Below are positions 1 through 12,775 of a stretch of 64,000 bases of DNA, one piece after another; position 1 is the stretch's first letter; each line of letters starts with the position of its first letter. This DNA is from Spironucleus salmonicida (taxonomy: Eukaryota): contig NC_090598.1 of the NCBI RefSeq assembly GCF_000497125.1, positions 1,178,001-1,242,000 of the forward strand. The letters are read 5' to 3'. The notes under the pieces were generated by a model that was given only the letters and a program-made list of their open reading frames with translations, had not been told where the DNA came from and did no database searches. Position numbers and translations under genes: made by a program.

Positions 1-116
1 TTAATCTTTGCTGCGAAGGAATCACTACCCTAGAAGCATATTTCTGGAGATCGCTCATAAACTTTGACATCCGACAGATCAGGCTGGTGCTGCAACGAAA
101 ACTTGGTCATCTTCAT
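1..116 (-). CDS. Hypothetical protein, 5' part only (runs off window start)
   Basis: ATG at 116 on the minus strand; MKMTKFSLQHQPDLSDVKVYERSPEICFQGSDSFAAKI is open to the window edge under table 6; divergent from the gene at 224. Confidence 0.55.
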
Positions 117-223
117 TTTAAAAAATAAACGATATATTATACAAATTAGAGCCAATTTACTTATTTTTCAACTTTGTAAGTTATTGAAATTACATCTTTG
201 CCCCCGAAATCTGCCCACTCCCA

Positions 224-1039
224 ATGTCTTACGATCTGAAGGACCACGCATTCTGCACCCAGAACGACAAGACACAGCACGTCGTCGTACGACGGATCGA
301 GCCTGGGAGCGCATTCTACGTGCAGAACTTCGGTTCAGGGCGACTCTTTCCAGCGCGGCTCGCGGAGCTGCGGCCCTTCGACCTCGAGGTCGCGAAGACG
401 CTGAAAAACAAGAAGACACTCGCGTTTGTAGAGTAGGTGCTGGAGGGCAAGGTGCTCCGGACAGCGCAGAAGCAGTTCCTGTTCGATGGCGAGGTGCTGC
501 GCGAGCAGCCGAAGCGGCGCGGGACGCTGCACAACGCGCTGGAGCTACGGTTCCGGCTGCCGCACTTCCTCTTCGCAGCGCAGCTTCCGCAGGTCCGCGT
601 CGCCACGGAGACGCTCCAGGTGCAGCAGGAGTCGCTGTCCACGTACTTGAACGTCTGTAACAACCACTCCTGTATAGTGCTCCCAACGAGCGCAGCTGCA
701 CAGCTGCTGGAGATGAAGGCGCAGCTGCCGCTGGCGCCCGCCGCGCCCCCGAAATCTGGCGACTTGCTGGGCGCTTTGGCGCGGGTCCGGCGCGGTGCTG
801 TGGCTGCGCCACTGGCCGAGTTCCAGCGCGACTTCCTGGCCGAGTTCGCGCCCGTGTTCTCGGAGGGCGAAATCGGCACCGCGGAGGCCGTTTTTGCGCT
901 TTTCGGGTCAGGCGATGTGCGCCAAATCGTCAACTTTTGCAACTCGCTCGCACACGAGCGCTACGGCCTCCGGGAGCGCTGCATGCTCGTCTGCATCGTT
1001 GATTTCCTGGGCCAGCGCTAGTACCAGTACTTCAAGTGA
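224..1039 (+). CDS. Putative chromatin protein, PWWP/chromo-barrel-like N-terminus and possible MRG-like C-terminus (271 aa)
   Basis: Track ORFs 224-436 and 437-1021 join when TAG=Gln and end in AAG TGA; strong GC3 bias; FYVQNFGSG..LAELRPF resembles Royal-family barrels and the C-terminal DFL...YF resembles the end of MRG (by eye only). Confidence 0.6.
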
Positions 1040-1148
1040 GCAGCGTATTTTTTGTTTTCAGTGTATAATAATGCAAAAATTTAATAACGGATTTGTATAT
1101 ATTATGTAATTTTAATGATAGATTTTCGGTAAGTTACCGTTTCTTTAT

Positions 1149-4100
1149 ATGGAGGCCTAACTTGCTTAGGTGCAGGAATTTCTTAAGTGCATATAACTAA
1201 GTTCACTGTTCAATGAAAATATGTTTGACGCAATTAAATATTTCTCCAACATTGACTCCTCTATAAATACGTAATTTGATAATTCTGAAATAGAGTTTTA
1301 GGTTTTAGATTTTTTCACTAAGGAAATGGAAGAATCTGCTTTGCAAGGTAGTTAGGCATGCAGACCTTTTAAAAATTTCCACTCATTTTAAGATAAATAC
1401 ACTAACAACAATGAATTTTTCAACAGTGATCTTTTCCACCCAATGCCTTCTGGGGATTTACCTTTTACAGATCAAGTTGTTTAGTTTCAGTAAGCATTTT
1501 AAAATAACGAAAATATTAGAGTTTAAATTACAATATATTTAAGGCAACTTAATTCTCATGCATAGATGAGTTCTGAAAATGCATTTAATTCGATTTTTGA
1601 AGATTATTCTGAATGTTTATAATATTTTAGGGCACAATCATCTAGCACTCTAAATGTATCGTAAGCTCAAAGTAAACAAGATATTTGTAAATTAGATTAA
1701 CAACATAGCACTTCCTGGGGACCGAAAAAATTAATAATGTTTGGTTTATTATTTTGTCTAAGACCTATGATTCTTACTATTTTATATGCTGTCAAGGTGT
1801 CTGACCCAATTAATTTACATTTATTTTAATCATACAAGATAGATTAATCCTCAGCTTCAAAATAAAAGCAAGTAAATGAATCGCCATTAATATGTGATCC
1901 AATTACCAATGTTATTAATGAGTTTGGTGGATATTATTTCTTTTATGAATTAATTGATGGCATATATAATTTTCTCATGCTAGATGAATGCTACAAACCA
2001 GATATTTCCTATTCAATTTATCAATATATATTAGAGTTTATAATGATTATTCCTCCTATTTTAGATTAATATTCTTAGGTGTTTTCCTGGAAGTAAGATA
2101 ATCAAATATATAAAGAAATTAATGATAAAATCAATAAAATTTTAGAGAAAACAAAATCTTTAACATAATTCGCCACTTCAGGCTACTTAGAACAATATAA
2201 TGACGAAAATGATCTTTTATATAATTTTCCATCAAATACTATTATATCATTATAAGAGTTATATTCAAAGGTTTCGTGCGCTAAAAATGGGAATTATGAA
2301 GAACTTAACCTATTTTTTGAATAAATTCTGATGAATTAAATAAAATAGTAGTAAAAATCAATACCTAATTCCATTTCTTATATTTTAGGTTTAAGAATGT
2401 GTTTAGATGAAGAATATCCGAATTAGTTGGATTAATATTTAGAATAATCAATTTTGAAAGTATTTGGTTAAACGAATCCAAGAATCTCTTTTTACTTATC
2501 AGAGTAGTTTTTAAGTAGTTTTTAACCATTTTCTCTGCGATATGTAAATACAGTTTTTAAATTTGCAGAATTTGTTTATTCCAAAGATATTTATGAATTA
2601 ACAAATAATCAAAAAGCAATAGCAGCTTCTAGATAGGGTATAGCCTTAGCCCTTAAAAATTATTAGCAAGATTTGTAGGAAACTACAGTATAAAAGCATT
2701 TGATTGATGATATTAAGAGTATTTCCTCAGATTTGAAAAAGTCCTAGTTAGATATATCAATTCAAACATTTAGTCATTTACTCAAATTTTATATTTAATT
2801 GATTGAATAAAAAATTATACTCTCATAATAAGAATTACAATATTATGACGATGAGAACCTTAGTTCCTTAACAATAGGTGATCAGCTTGAATCGATAATT
2901 GGTACAGAAGAATTTAATTTGTAGTTGGTATCATTATTTTCAAAGTTTGAATTACTACATACTGAAAAAGACTTTCAAAAATAATAGAAATATAAAATAA
3001 TGTAGGTTAATATTTTATAAAAATAACTAAAAGATATTACAATATTAGTGAATACATCAATACCTGAAATATAATAATTTTGGTAATTAGATATCAGTAA
3101 TATTGAATGCCCATAACTTAATATTACTAATGAATTAGATAAATTTTATTTAGGTTAATCATCTGAATATGATTCGTTTGGTCATATTTATATTAATATT
3201 TTATAAGAATCCAAGACATGTGTTAGTTAGGCTATTATAGTAGATGAATATGTTATTATCAATAAGGCAGTATTAGATGTTACTATCACAAACAAACAAT
3301 TCACGTTGAATAATTTTGCATTTTTATAAGAATTAGAATAATAAGACAAGTATAATGTCGTTATTAAAATCTATCCTATTTATAAAGTAAAAGTGGATTA
3401 GTATCTACTACCAATTGCCTTCAAATAAAATTAAAATTATACTTATAATGTAATTTAACCTAATGTGAATTAATTAAGAGAACTAAGTTTTACGTATTAA
3501 GAAACAGGATAATGTTCTCTTAACAATTAATCATGTAATGCATGTCAATTTAAAGGTATTTAGCATTTTAACTTTATTTCAGGAAGATTTAACTAATATT
3601 TACATAATTGGGAAGAATTTTATAGTCAATTTTTCATTCATTAAACATAGAAGGATATTATTATTTAAAGTCTGGATATGTTATAATTTAATTTTGTAGA
3701 TGATGATATTATTGTTTCAGATTTCACGTCATTGTTATACTTATTCAAATATAATTATTAAGGTGATCTATAAGTTGCTTTTACTTAAATTGCAATTGTG
3801 CTACTTAGAAAAAATTTGATACGTAATACTAAGGCATCCGCCACATATGTTAATAATATTATAAAAGGTTATGACGGTGATAAATTATTTGAGTTTCTAA
3901 CGAAAATAATATCTCACTATTATGAAAATGATAAAGAAAATGTTTTAATCTAAAAGCTAATGTCACTAATTGGGAATGTGTCACCATTTAATATTAATTC
4001 AAAAGTGTTAGTTTTTGATAAATTTTCATTCTAAAAATTTGTTAGAAACCAATATACTGTTATTTACCGTATAATAGATTAACATGGAGTTGGTATTAAT

Positions 4101-4901
4101 TTAATTCCTGGCGTACGTAATATTTTTGTAAAAAATTCAGTTATTTAAAATTAATAAGTTGTGTCTATTAAATTTAAATCAGAATTAAAGCTATCATAAG
4201 TTTGTTAAATTTTGTATTTAAATTACAATAGAATTATAGATTTAGTATCAAATTAATCTGATATTGTGTTTACGAAGGAGTGTGTTAATGTTAAAGTTAA
4301 TGATATTTTGGTATCATCCATGTCTTTGTCTCCTTTTGTGAAAGCAGAGTTTAAAAACAATCTATTGGTGGTTTATATTGAATAAAATCAGATAGAAGTA
4401 TTCATAAATTATATAATGTAATAGAAGCTCATATAATAGTCTATATTCTAAACAGTGAATCGAATGTTCCCTAATAATCTGAAAAAGAATTGCTTAAATA
4501 ACAGATTTGTTATCGTCTCCAATCATATTTTATAATTCTTATAATCTTCAGAATCAATTTTTGTTCAAAAATCTGAAGATTATAAGCTAGATATTGCTGA
4601 CTAGATTTTACGTCTCAAAGGTGATAAGGAATTTAGCCCCATCCACAACACGTATATTAAACCCTCATCACAAGAGAAAGTAGAAAAGTAATTAAAGAGT
4701 TAGCTTGAGTTAATTTAGGAAATCCTGAAATACTATTCCATAAAGTTACCTGAATATTAAATTATTAAAAAATTGATAGCGCTTTTAGAAACAGGTGAAT
4801 TTGACAATCTTTTAGATTATTATCCTCAACTTGCTGTAAGTAAAGTTATTTGGGATAAAATGACTCATACTGATGATGATTTCATTATTGAGATTGAATG
4901 A
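1149..4901 (+). CDS. Large hypothetical protein (~1250 aa)
   Basis: MEAQLAQVQEFLKC... to ...TDDDFIIEIE-TGA in the same frame under table 6; no family recognised. Confidence 0.7.
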
Positions 4902-4908
4902 TAATTTT

Positions 4909-5361
4909 TCACTCATTTTGGAAACGCTTCCGTAGCTCAGCAGCTCTTATTTCAGCTAAATAATTAGAGCTTTAAAATTCAAATTCCGTGAGCTGTACAT
5001 TTCCAGCTTGCCCTTTAAGAATAAAATCTGTGCAATTTATTTCATCTGGATTTTCCCTTAACTGTTAGTCATTCAATAGCCTTTATATCTATTTAAGAGT
5101 AAATTAGAGGTGGTTTTCTTTGGAAAGCGCATATTATTCTGCTTTAAGATTTTTACCTAACTTTTATTGTAAATCATCAATATAAGCTGCTCCCATTTTA
5201 GAGCGTTTAATAATACGCGTTTATCTTGATAAGGCTTCAGGAATCTCTTTCGTTTCGAATGCTTTAGCATCATTAAAATTTGCTTTAAATTTATGCTCAT
5301 ATACATTGTGAATTTTGAAATTCTTATCTCGGGCGGTCGTCTTTTTAACCTTTTATCCCAT
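4909..5361 (-). CDS. NOP16: Nop16-like ribosome biogenesis protein (150 aa)
   Basis: Basic N-terminus MGQKVKK; SKMGAAYIDDLQQKLGKN...ENHLQFTLKQIQRLL matches the Nop16 C-terminal pattern (S..E..YI..LI.K.G.D...N..Q.T..QI); ends GAG TGA. Confidence 0.55.
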
Positions 5362-5477
5362 TTTATTTAGCCTAGCCATTATAGAAATGAAAAAAGGAAC
5401 GCTAGAACAAGTAATATAACAATATAACAATTAATAATTTTCATTTCACTTTTTTTTCATTTCACCGCTCCTCGTGC

Positions 5478-5984
5478 ATGCCTCAGATCAGCCGTCTTTA
5501 AAATTAGAGGAAAACCTACTCCACCCCTAAGAGAAGATTTGAAAAGTCTCGTATCATGTCTGAACTTGAGCTTGCTGGTAAGTATGGTCTTCGTAACAAG
5601 CGTGAAATATACCGTGCACGTCTTGCTCTCGCTAAGATGAGATCTGCAGCTCGTAATCTCCTTACTCTCGATGCTCACGATCAGAAGCGTGTTATTGAAG
5701 GTGATGCCCTCCTTCGCCGTTTACATGCCCTTGGTGTTCTTGACGCTGAAAAGAATGAACTCGATCACATCCTCTCTCTTACCGTTGAGAATGTTCTTGA
5801 GCGTAGACTTTAAACCATTTTAGCCAACAACTCTACCACCAAGTCTGTCCACCAAGCTCGTGTTTGGATCCGTCATGGACATATCCAGATTGGTAACCAG
5901 ATCGTTAATATCCCCAGCTATCTCGTCAGAACCTCATCTGAATAACACATCCGTATTTCCGAGAAATCCGCTTATGCTAAGTGA
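5478..5984 (+). CDS. RPS9: 40S ribosomal protein S9 (uS4)
   Basis: [43 protein letters not shown] (Q from TAA), [15 protein letters not shown]; ends AAG TGA. Confidence 0.97.
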
Positions 5985-6116
5985 TAATTTAAACTTTTAC
6001 TTAGCTTTATAATAGTACACATTAGTGTAACTTTCAATTAATTATTTTTAAAATAATAAATACTATTAATAATGATATAATATATTAATAACCCTCTCCA
6101 TTTTTCATTCCTCAAA

Positions 6117-6806
6117 ATGAGCCAAAGATTTCGTTCATACTATGCTGATTTTATGACACTCTTACCTGAAGATCGAAATAAATCTTCAAAACAATATGAT
6201 ACTGAAATATAAGAAATATTCTCAAAGTAGCGTGCCGAAAATCATTTATCAAGACCTGAAAAATCTCAAGCATTTTACGATGCATAATAGGCAAAGCAAA
6301 ATGCTAAAAACGAAGAGAGAAGAAATTTAGTAATGAAGTCTAAGATGGAAAGCAAAGCAAAGAGATAAAATTAATAAGAGGAGAATGTAACTATGGATTT
6401 TGGTGTTGTTGATACTGATACTTTACGTCAAGAAAAAATTAACAAGATTTTCAACGATCAATCAAAATCTAAACTATCGAAGACAAAGGATGAACTGAAT
6501 AAGGCAAAGGACATACAGTCTATGAAAACAAAGGCTGAAGACGGTGATTTATCCGCCTTGAAGAAGTTAAAAGAATTTGAGACAGAAGCTGCGTTGTAAA
6601 GAATATAAGGCCAGAAAGTGCACGATGATGTTTCTAGACTATAGAAATCTATTAAAAACCAAGAATAGATGAAAAAGAAAAGGACAAAGGAGTATGATCA
6701 CAAGCAACAAATCAAGGAGGTTCAAACCTTAGTTGCAGCTGGCACGAAATACCAGGACGCTAAAAAGTCTATCTTTTCAGACAAGAAGCAGCACCCCAAA
6801 AAGTGA
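6117..6806 (+). CDS. SURF6: SURF6/Rrp14 family nucleolar protein (229 aa)
   Basis: ALQRIQGQKVHDDVSRLQKSIKNQEQMKKKRTKEY matches the SURF6 motif AL.R..G.KV.DD..LLKK..KRKE..KKK..K.W. Confidence 0.75.
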
Positions 6807-6839
6807 AGTCGCCTTGTGAAATATTCTCTTTTGCTGGTT

Positions 6840-7442
6840 TCATAGTTCCTACATACCTCCTTCATATTCTTAGCCCCTCAAAACGCTCCTACCCCATTCA
6901 GCACTCTCGCTCTCTGGACCGTCGAATTTATAACTTTTACCTTTCCTTATAATATAATATAATCCAATTTGAAATTCAATTTCTACTCCTTTTAGCTCCT
7001 TTTCATTTCCAGTAACGAGCACGCCTTGCACACCCAATTATCGCAGCAGAACGAGCGCCTTGAGCGTTAGCGGGGCCTACACGATTAGAACCGCATCGGA
7101 TTCTGAGAATATGATAGCGTCCTTCAAGAATTCTGCACCTTTGAAAGAGTCTAAATTCTCCAAAACAAAACTTTCTATTTTTGAAAAATCTACTAATTTT
7201 TGTTGGGTTTCTGGGCCAAAAAGGGCAAACTAGTTAGGTGTTTCGCAGTGGATGGATGCACAGCTCACAGAGTGGAACGAGAGCGTTGCCTGGAACTTTT
7301 TGTCAAGCATAAAAATGCGCTTTTTGAGTTGCTTTGTGGGTGTTCCAATAGTGTAGAATATTCCAAATTCGGCCTAGGAGCCTATTAGTGCACGGTAGGC
7401 GCCAGCGGAAAGATGTGTTTGGAGCGTAATAAAAATGAACAT
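6840..7442 (-). CDS. Secretory-pathway protein, possible thioredoxin-like (PDI b-type) fold (200 aa)
   Basis: Short hydrophobic leader MFIFITLQ; FHSVSCASIHC..P.QF; C-terminus ...GMQEL-TGA. Confidence 0.6.
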
Positions 7443-7495
7443 TTTTATTTTTAATAAGATATATAATATAATAATCGTAACATATTGTTTTAAAA

Positions 7496-8173
7496 ATGAT
7501 TCTTCTCGTCGCCCGTTTAAGGACCGCGACAACGTTTACACAGGATAGTTTGGTTAAAGAATTTGCATCTTTTGGTGTGTTATATACTGGTAAAGATCAT
7601 TTTGAAGTGGTGTAAATCTTGAATTAAATTTAAAAAACTGTTCCAAAAAAGCATTTCCCAATTCTGCATGCTAAATGTTAAGAAAATACCAAAATATGTG
7701 ATTAAATCGATAGTTTGCCGAGTTTTGTAGTAAATAATATAAGTCCCAAAGGTTCACCTTCGATCAGGTATAAAGGGGATTTTTCTTATTAGGACTTAGA
7801 GATATTCATTAGAAATCACATAACCGCTCCTTTAGGATAATTTACTGACTATAATGGCTTTAATAAGTAAATTTCTGAAAATAAAACCGAAATTTGGTCC
7901 TTTTTCAGGCTTTCTAAGGATGCATATGAGACCTTTATAGTGTACGATATTTGTATAGAATTTATGTAGATAGTTACACCATGCTTGATTTAAGATTATA
8001 ATGAAAATATTAAGAAGTAAATCAATAATGTATAGTTTACAGATTTCTTAGAAGAAAACGAATTTACGATTGTAATATATAGCAATGGTGTATTTACTAA
8101 ATACGTTGGCGAAGTTTCAGTTCTTGCATTACGGAGATGGTTTAGATTTGTAATAGAAAGAGAGTAACTATGA
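7496..8173 (+). CDS. PDI/thioredoxin-fold-like protein without CxxC (225 aa)
   Basis: Leader MILLVA; ILHAKCQENTKICDQIDSLPSFVV...RYKGDFSYQDLEIFI resembles the PDI pattern VDC..N..LC....yPT...Y.G.R....L..F; ends REQL-TGA. Confidence 0.65.
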
Positions 8174-8183
8174 ATGATTCAAC

Positions 8184-8795
8184 TCACTTAACAATAGTAA
8201 ATGGTGATTCCATATGAGTTTATCCAAGTCGATATACTGTTTCTTTACAACCACATACCTACTCGTAACCTCCACAACAGGACCATATAACTTCATCTCC
8301 AATTTCTGTTAAACGTCCTGGGTGCTCTCTGGTAACTTAACAAGTATTCCTTAATTAAACTGTTTTAGTTAGATAAGATCCTTAACTCATAACAACTGGC
8401 AAAAATTATTCATATTGTTCTTCCTTTTTAACTTTATATTCTGCCCCAGTTGCAGTAGGCCCATAGTATACTTTTGGCTACTTTTTATGTTGTTATATTT
8501 TAATATATTCATTTTCTGCCTATTAAGCTAGTTTTTTCTTATCTCTGTAAGCTGTGGTATCCATAAAATCAGCTAATGAACTTTAAGTCACCTTTGGTAT
8601 GAAATCTTTTCGCTATGGAGATGGTGCTCTATAATCAAAATCTTTAAATTCTGGAAGTGGAGAGCCTCTTTACATCATTGCAGTTCTTTTTGTAGAGTTC
8701 AAAACTTTAACACCAGATTCTTTATATCTAAGCGCTGTTGAGGTGGAGATCATAAACTAAGGTCGTGATTTAGTTTATCTTTGTATTTCATTCAT
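8184..8795 (-). CDS. Hypothetical protein with C-terminal BTK-type zinc-finger motif (203 aa)
   Basis: EHPGRLTEIGDEVIWSCCGGYEQVCGC fits H-P-G...W-x-C-C...G-C; ends AAG TGA. Confidence 0.65.
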
Positions 8796-8901
8796 TTTGG
8801 CGGATTAAAATTAATTCTATATTATACACTATTAAAATTTATAAAAAATATTAGAACTAATTAATTAATAATATAATTAGGTTAATCTTTCACCTCTAAA
8901 T

Positions 8902-9990
8902 ATGACAGTGTCAAAATAAGTATATTACTTTTTTGGGACGTGTGGTATCGTCATTACCTAATCTGTAATACTTTCACTAATTTTTAAGAAGAAGATTAAT
9001 AAATAACTACATAGTCCTACATAATCATCGTATTTATTTTATTTTATGTTTACGATTTTTTTAACACTAATGTTAGGTATATTATCTTTATTGACTATGT
9101 AAATTGATTATAAATGTGGGTCATTATGTGCTAAGGTTATTCGTATGGGTTTATCATTTAATAGAAAAAAAGTTATTCTAAATCTTAACATCGAACATAC
9201 ATTTTATCAGAATAAGTTTTATGTTTACTTAGAATTTTGTACTAGTATTATCTCAATTTATTATCTCATTAAAATTTTTACTTAAAAACAAATAAATAAA
9301 TAAAATAAAGAATAATATTTTAGCTAGTATTTTAATATCAATGATAAAACAGAAAACTTACTAAAAGCTATAGCAAATACAGAAATACCATTCATATCAG
9401 TATCTAATACTGAATATGTTTTTGGTCTTGATCATCTTTGCCCATGGACAGGTAGAAATATATCTCATGAGAATATGCTACAATTTATATATTTTTTAAT
9501 TCTGGCTACTATTGGCACGGTTAGTAGACTTATTCGTTCGGTTATAATAATTATTTAAGAATACAAGTTTTTAAGACTAAATTTTCCAGACTTAAATAAA
9601 TTTCTTTTAATACCAGCATTGTATGCATCATTAGATGGAAATTAGATTTTTATATACTTTATTGGTATTTTATCAATAGTATTTCTTATTGTTGCTGGAG
9701 GATAATGTATTTATTAGGTCTTCTTTAATTCTCGACATGTTATTAATTCAAGTCTACGATAAAAAATATTTGATGTTTAAAAACGAATAAAAAATAACAC
9801 ACTTGTTGTAGTTTGTTAAAATGATACTTATATACTTATGCCATACCCAATAATGAAAACTTAAGAAGAGTTATAGCTTTGGAAAGATAGTTTAGGGTAG
9901 ATTATCTCTACAGATGATATTAAATCGGCAATTGTTAAATGCACAATAGGATAAAAAATTAAATACTTAAAATCATTTTATTCTAAGTGA
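8902..9990 (+). CDS. DHHC-family palmitoyltransferase-like membrane protein (DHLC variant, 362 aa)
   Basis: Several hydrophobic helices; VFGLDHLCPWTGRNISHENMLQFIFFL at ~9418-9500 matches DHHCPW.gncIg..N...F..FL; ends AAG TGA. Confidence 0.8.
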
Positions 9991-10039
9991 TAATAATATT
10001 ATTATACAATATATTTATATTATTAATATTGCAATATTT

Positions 10040-10441
10040 ATGTCAAATTTAACCTCAACCTAGCTCATTACTAGTCTTCATGGCAGTTTATCAGAAAGAG
10101 TGTTAAATTAATCTTAATAAAATAATAAGTAGGCTATAAATCTTATAGAGTCATTAACTATCAATATCAATACTATTCCAAAAAGAAGACGAATTGATAA
10201 GTCCTAATTATAATCCTTATAATCATCCCTTCGTGTCAAGGATACTTAATAAGAACAAGATATATATGATGAAATATTATCATTAGAGGCGGAGCAATAA
10301 AAATTAGCATCATTTTAAGATTCTTTACTTATATAAGAAACTTAAAAGCAAGATATGCACTAAGATAATATTTAATAAGGATTTGAATTTTCCTGTATTT
10401 TACTCTAGGAGCTTTTCTCAGCTAATGTTATTATTGAGTGA
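10040..10441 (+). CDS. Hypothetical protein (133 aa)
   Basis: Open under table 6 from MSNLTST; ends GAG TGA. Confidence 0.6.
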
Positions 10442-10451
10442 AATATTTGTC

Positions 10452-10859
10452 TCACTTTAACTAATTTGCCCAATTAGTCAGCTGAATAATAAAGAGTTCA
10501 GTAAATATTGGATTGGTCTGTGTATATCCAGGCTAAGCTACCACATAAGTTGTGTAGATTTATTAATAAAATTGTCTGATATTTGAATAAAATGGAGTTT
10601 ACACGGTTGACGTTAAGAGAATAAAAATAAATCCCGTTTATGATTCAAATATATGCGCAGAATACGAATCAGTGGAATAAAAATTAAATTGTGGTTCTGG
10701 AGATTTATCAAAAGCTAAAACAATGTTTTTTGTCGCATAAATTGCGCCAAAAAGGTTTTAAGATAGGTCACCAGCTGTAAATTTATGGTTAAATACAAGT
10801 TTCCCATTCTTTCTGTAAATAACAAATTAAAGCAATTAAAATGTACTTTTGTTATTCAT
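10452..10859 (-). CDS. BET5: TRAPP complex subunit Bet5/TRAPPC1 (sybindin/longin family, 135 aa)
   Basis: FVIYRKNGKLVF, LFGAIYATKNIV, YSTDSYSAHIFESQTGFIFILLT, IYTTYVVAQP, PIFTELF. Confidence 0.8.
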
Positions 10860-10904
10860 TTTATATGTTATTATTTTATACATTAATTTATGATATACAG
10901 TTAA

Positions 10905-12743
10905 ATGAAATATAGTAAACTAATTTCTAATATTTGGGATGTTGTAATAGGTTCAGTCTAATAGTTTAAATTAACGGATTCTACACAATATATTTAAGGA
11001 AATTTAATTGATGTTAGCTTGGTCTGTAATTTTAAGCATGTATCAATTAATATTAAATTAAATGAGAGTAATAGGCAAATATTCCATTCAATAGGCTATG
11101 GATTTTAAGGCTATGATGATGATTAGTAAAGAATATATGTTCGAAACTACCGCTCTTTCATATTTGATTAATTTTAATTATTGATTACTTAAATAAATTA
11201 AGAAAAATAGTCGGGAATTAAATCATAAAATTTAATATTAGGTTAGTTACTATATTTCATTAATTAAGAATATGATATGCTTCATGAATATAATCTTAAT
11301 AAAAACTAAGAAATATAACCTTTAAATAAGTAGTAGTAATTATTTAATGTTTGGAGGCTACGATCTAACAAAAAGGTTATTGAAAATGATTCATCTATTA
11401 ACAAAATATAAAATATAGACTAAGATTTTACTTTGTAGAATAAACTCGATTTGATTTAATAATTTTAAAGTATTTTATAATAGTCGATATTTGAACAACA
11501 GAGTACAAATTCCTAACTTGAAGAAGCATATTAAAAATTTAATAACCTTTTACAATCTAAAAATCATCATAAATCATCATAAAATTTTGTTAACTAATTT
11601 TCTAATAAAGTATTTTTACTAAGAACTGATAAATTCGAATAATGGAAAGCTAGAAAAATTGTTGAGGATATTGACTTTATTGTTAATATATTTGTTATTT
11701 AAAAGTCATAAATTTAATATATGTCTTAGTAATTAGAACAATACCATTAAATAAATAATTCTTTCGTATAAAAATTATATAACTATTGGTTTGAACCTTC
11801 GTATAATGGACATGTATACTTATATTTATAGTTAGAATATATTTAAACACCATCTGTGTAAAATTTAGAAAATTAAAATCATTTATAAAATTGTAATGAA
11901 GATGATTTATGGGAAATTACTTCATAAATTTTTATTGGGTTATTAGAAGTATAGAAACATAATTTAGTCCATAATAACATTGATACGCGCTCTATTCACT
12001 TTAATAGTTAATTATAAGTTAAAATTTGTGATTTAATACCAAATGTTACTTCGACATCATAATATGATATTATTCTTTTATCTCAATTCTTAGAAAATTT
12101 ATGGAAGTATAAATAAAATTAACACATTACTGACCTACTATTCAACCTAGAAGTAACTAAACATTTAGGTCTTGTTATGAATATGAATCCTTTATAACAA
12201 AAATTATAACAATAAGGATAATTCTATACGTTAATTTAAAAGCTATCATCCAAAACTAATTAGTAGAAAATATATTCCACACTTATTGAAGTATTAAAGA
12301 AAAAACCATTAATAACATGTATACAATTAAAATATCATGAAATATAGTAAAAAATATTAATGATTATAACAAATAATTTAGAGTTTTAAGTTCAATAATA
12401 TTAACCAATCTTAGAGATTAATTCACAAAATTCGAATTTTTCTTCATAACAACCTCCAACTATTATTTACAATAACATATAATATTATAATATATTGGAG
12501 TATCCAGTTTTTTACTATTTTTAATAAAATTTAGACATACCTATTACTTTTTTCTCTCATAATTATAAATTTTACTGCTTCATTGATATTAATTTATATT
12601 AAAAAATACAATAAGTCAAAAAATTATCTAAGTTGATTTTCGTTGACTTTTAAATAAATACTTACTCTATTTATTTGTCTGATTCACTTATATTAGAAAT
12701 AATGATCATAAATAACTATGTATAAATAAAAATAATAGTATGA
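10905..12743 (+). CDS. Pseudokinase-domain protein (612 aa)
   Basis: KLYNYWFE..YLYLQLEY...LWEITSQIFIGLLEVQKHNLVHNNIDTRSIHFNSQLQVKICD corresponds to kinase subdomains IV-VII with HRD->HNN and DFG->DLI. Confidence 0.65.
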
Positions 12744-12775
12744 TAATTATACAATATTAGTTTTGAATTTTACAA

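Noticed and set aside
64-1109. Long overlapping track ORFs (64-660, 168-812, 316-942, 795-1109)
   Set aside because: Shadow frames of the GC-rich 224-1039 gene; Ala/Arg-rich translations and no motif support.
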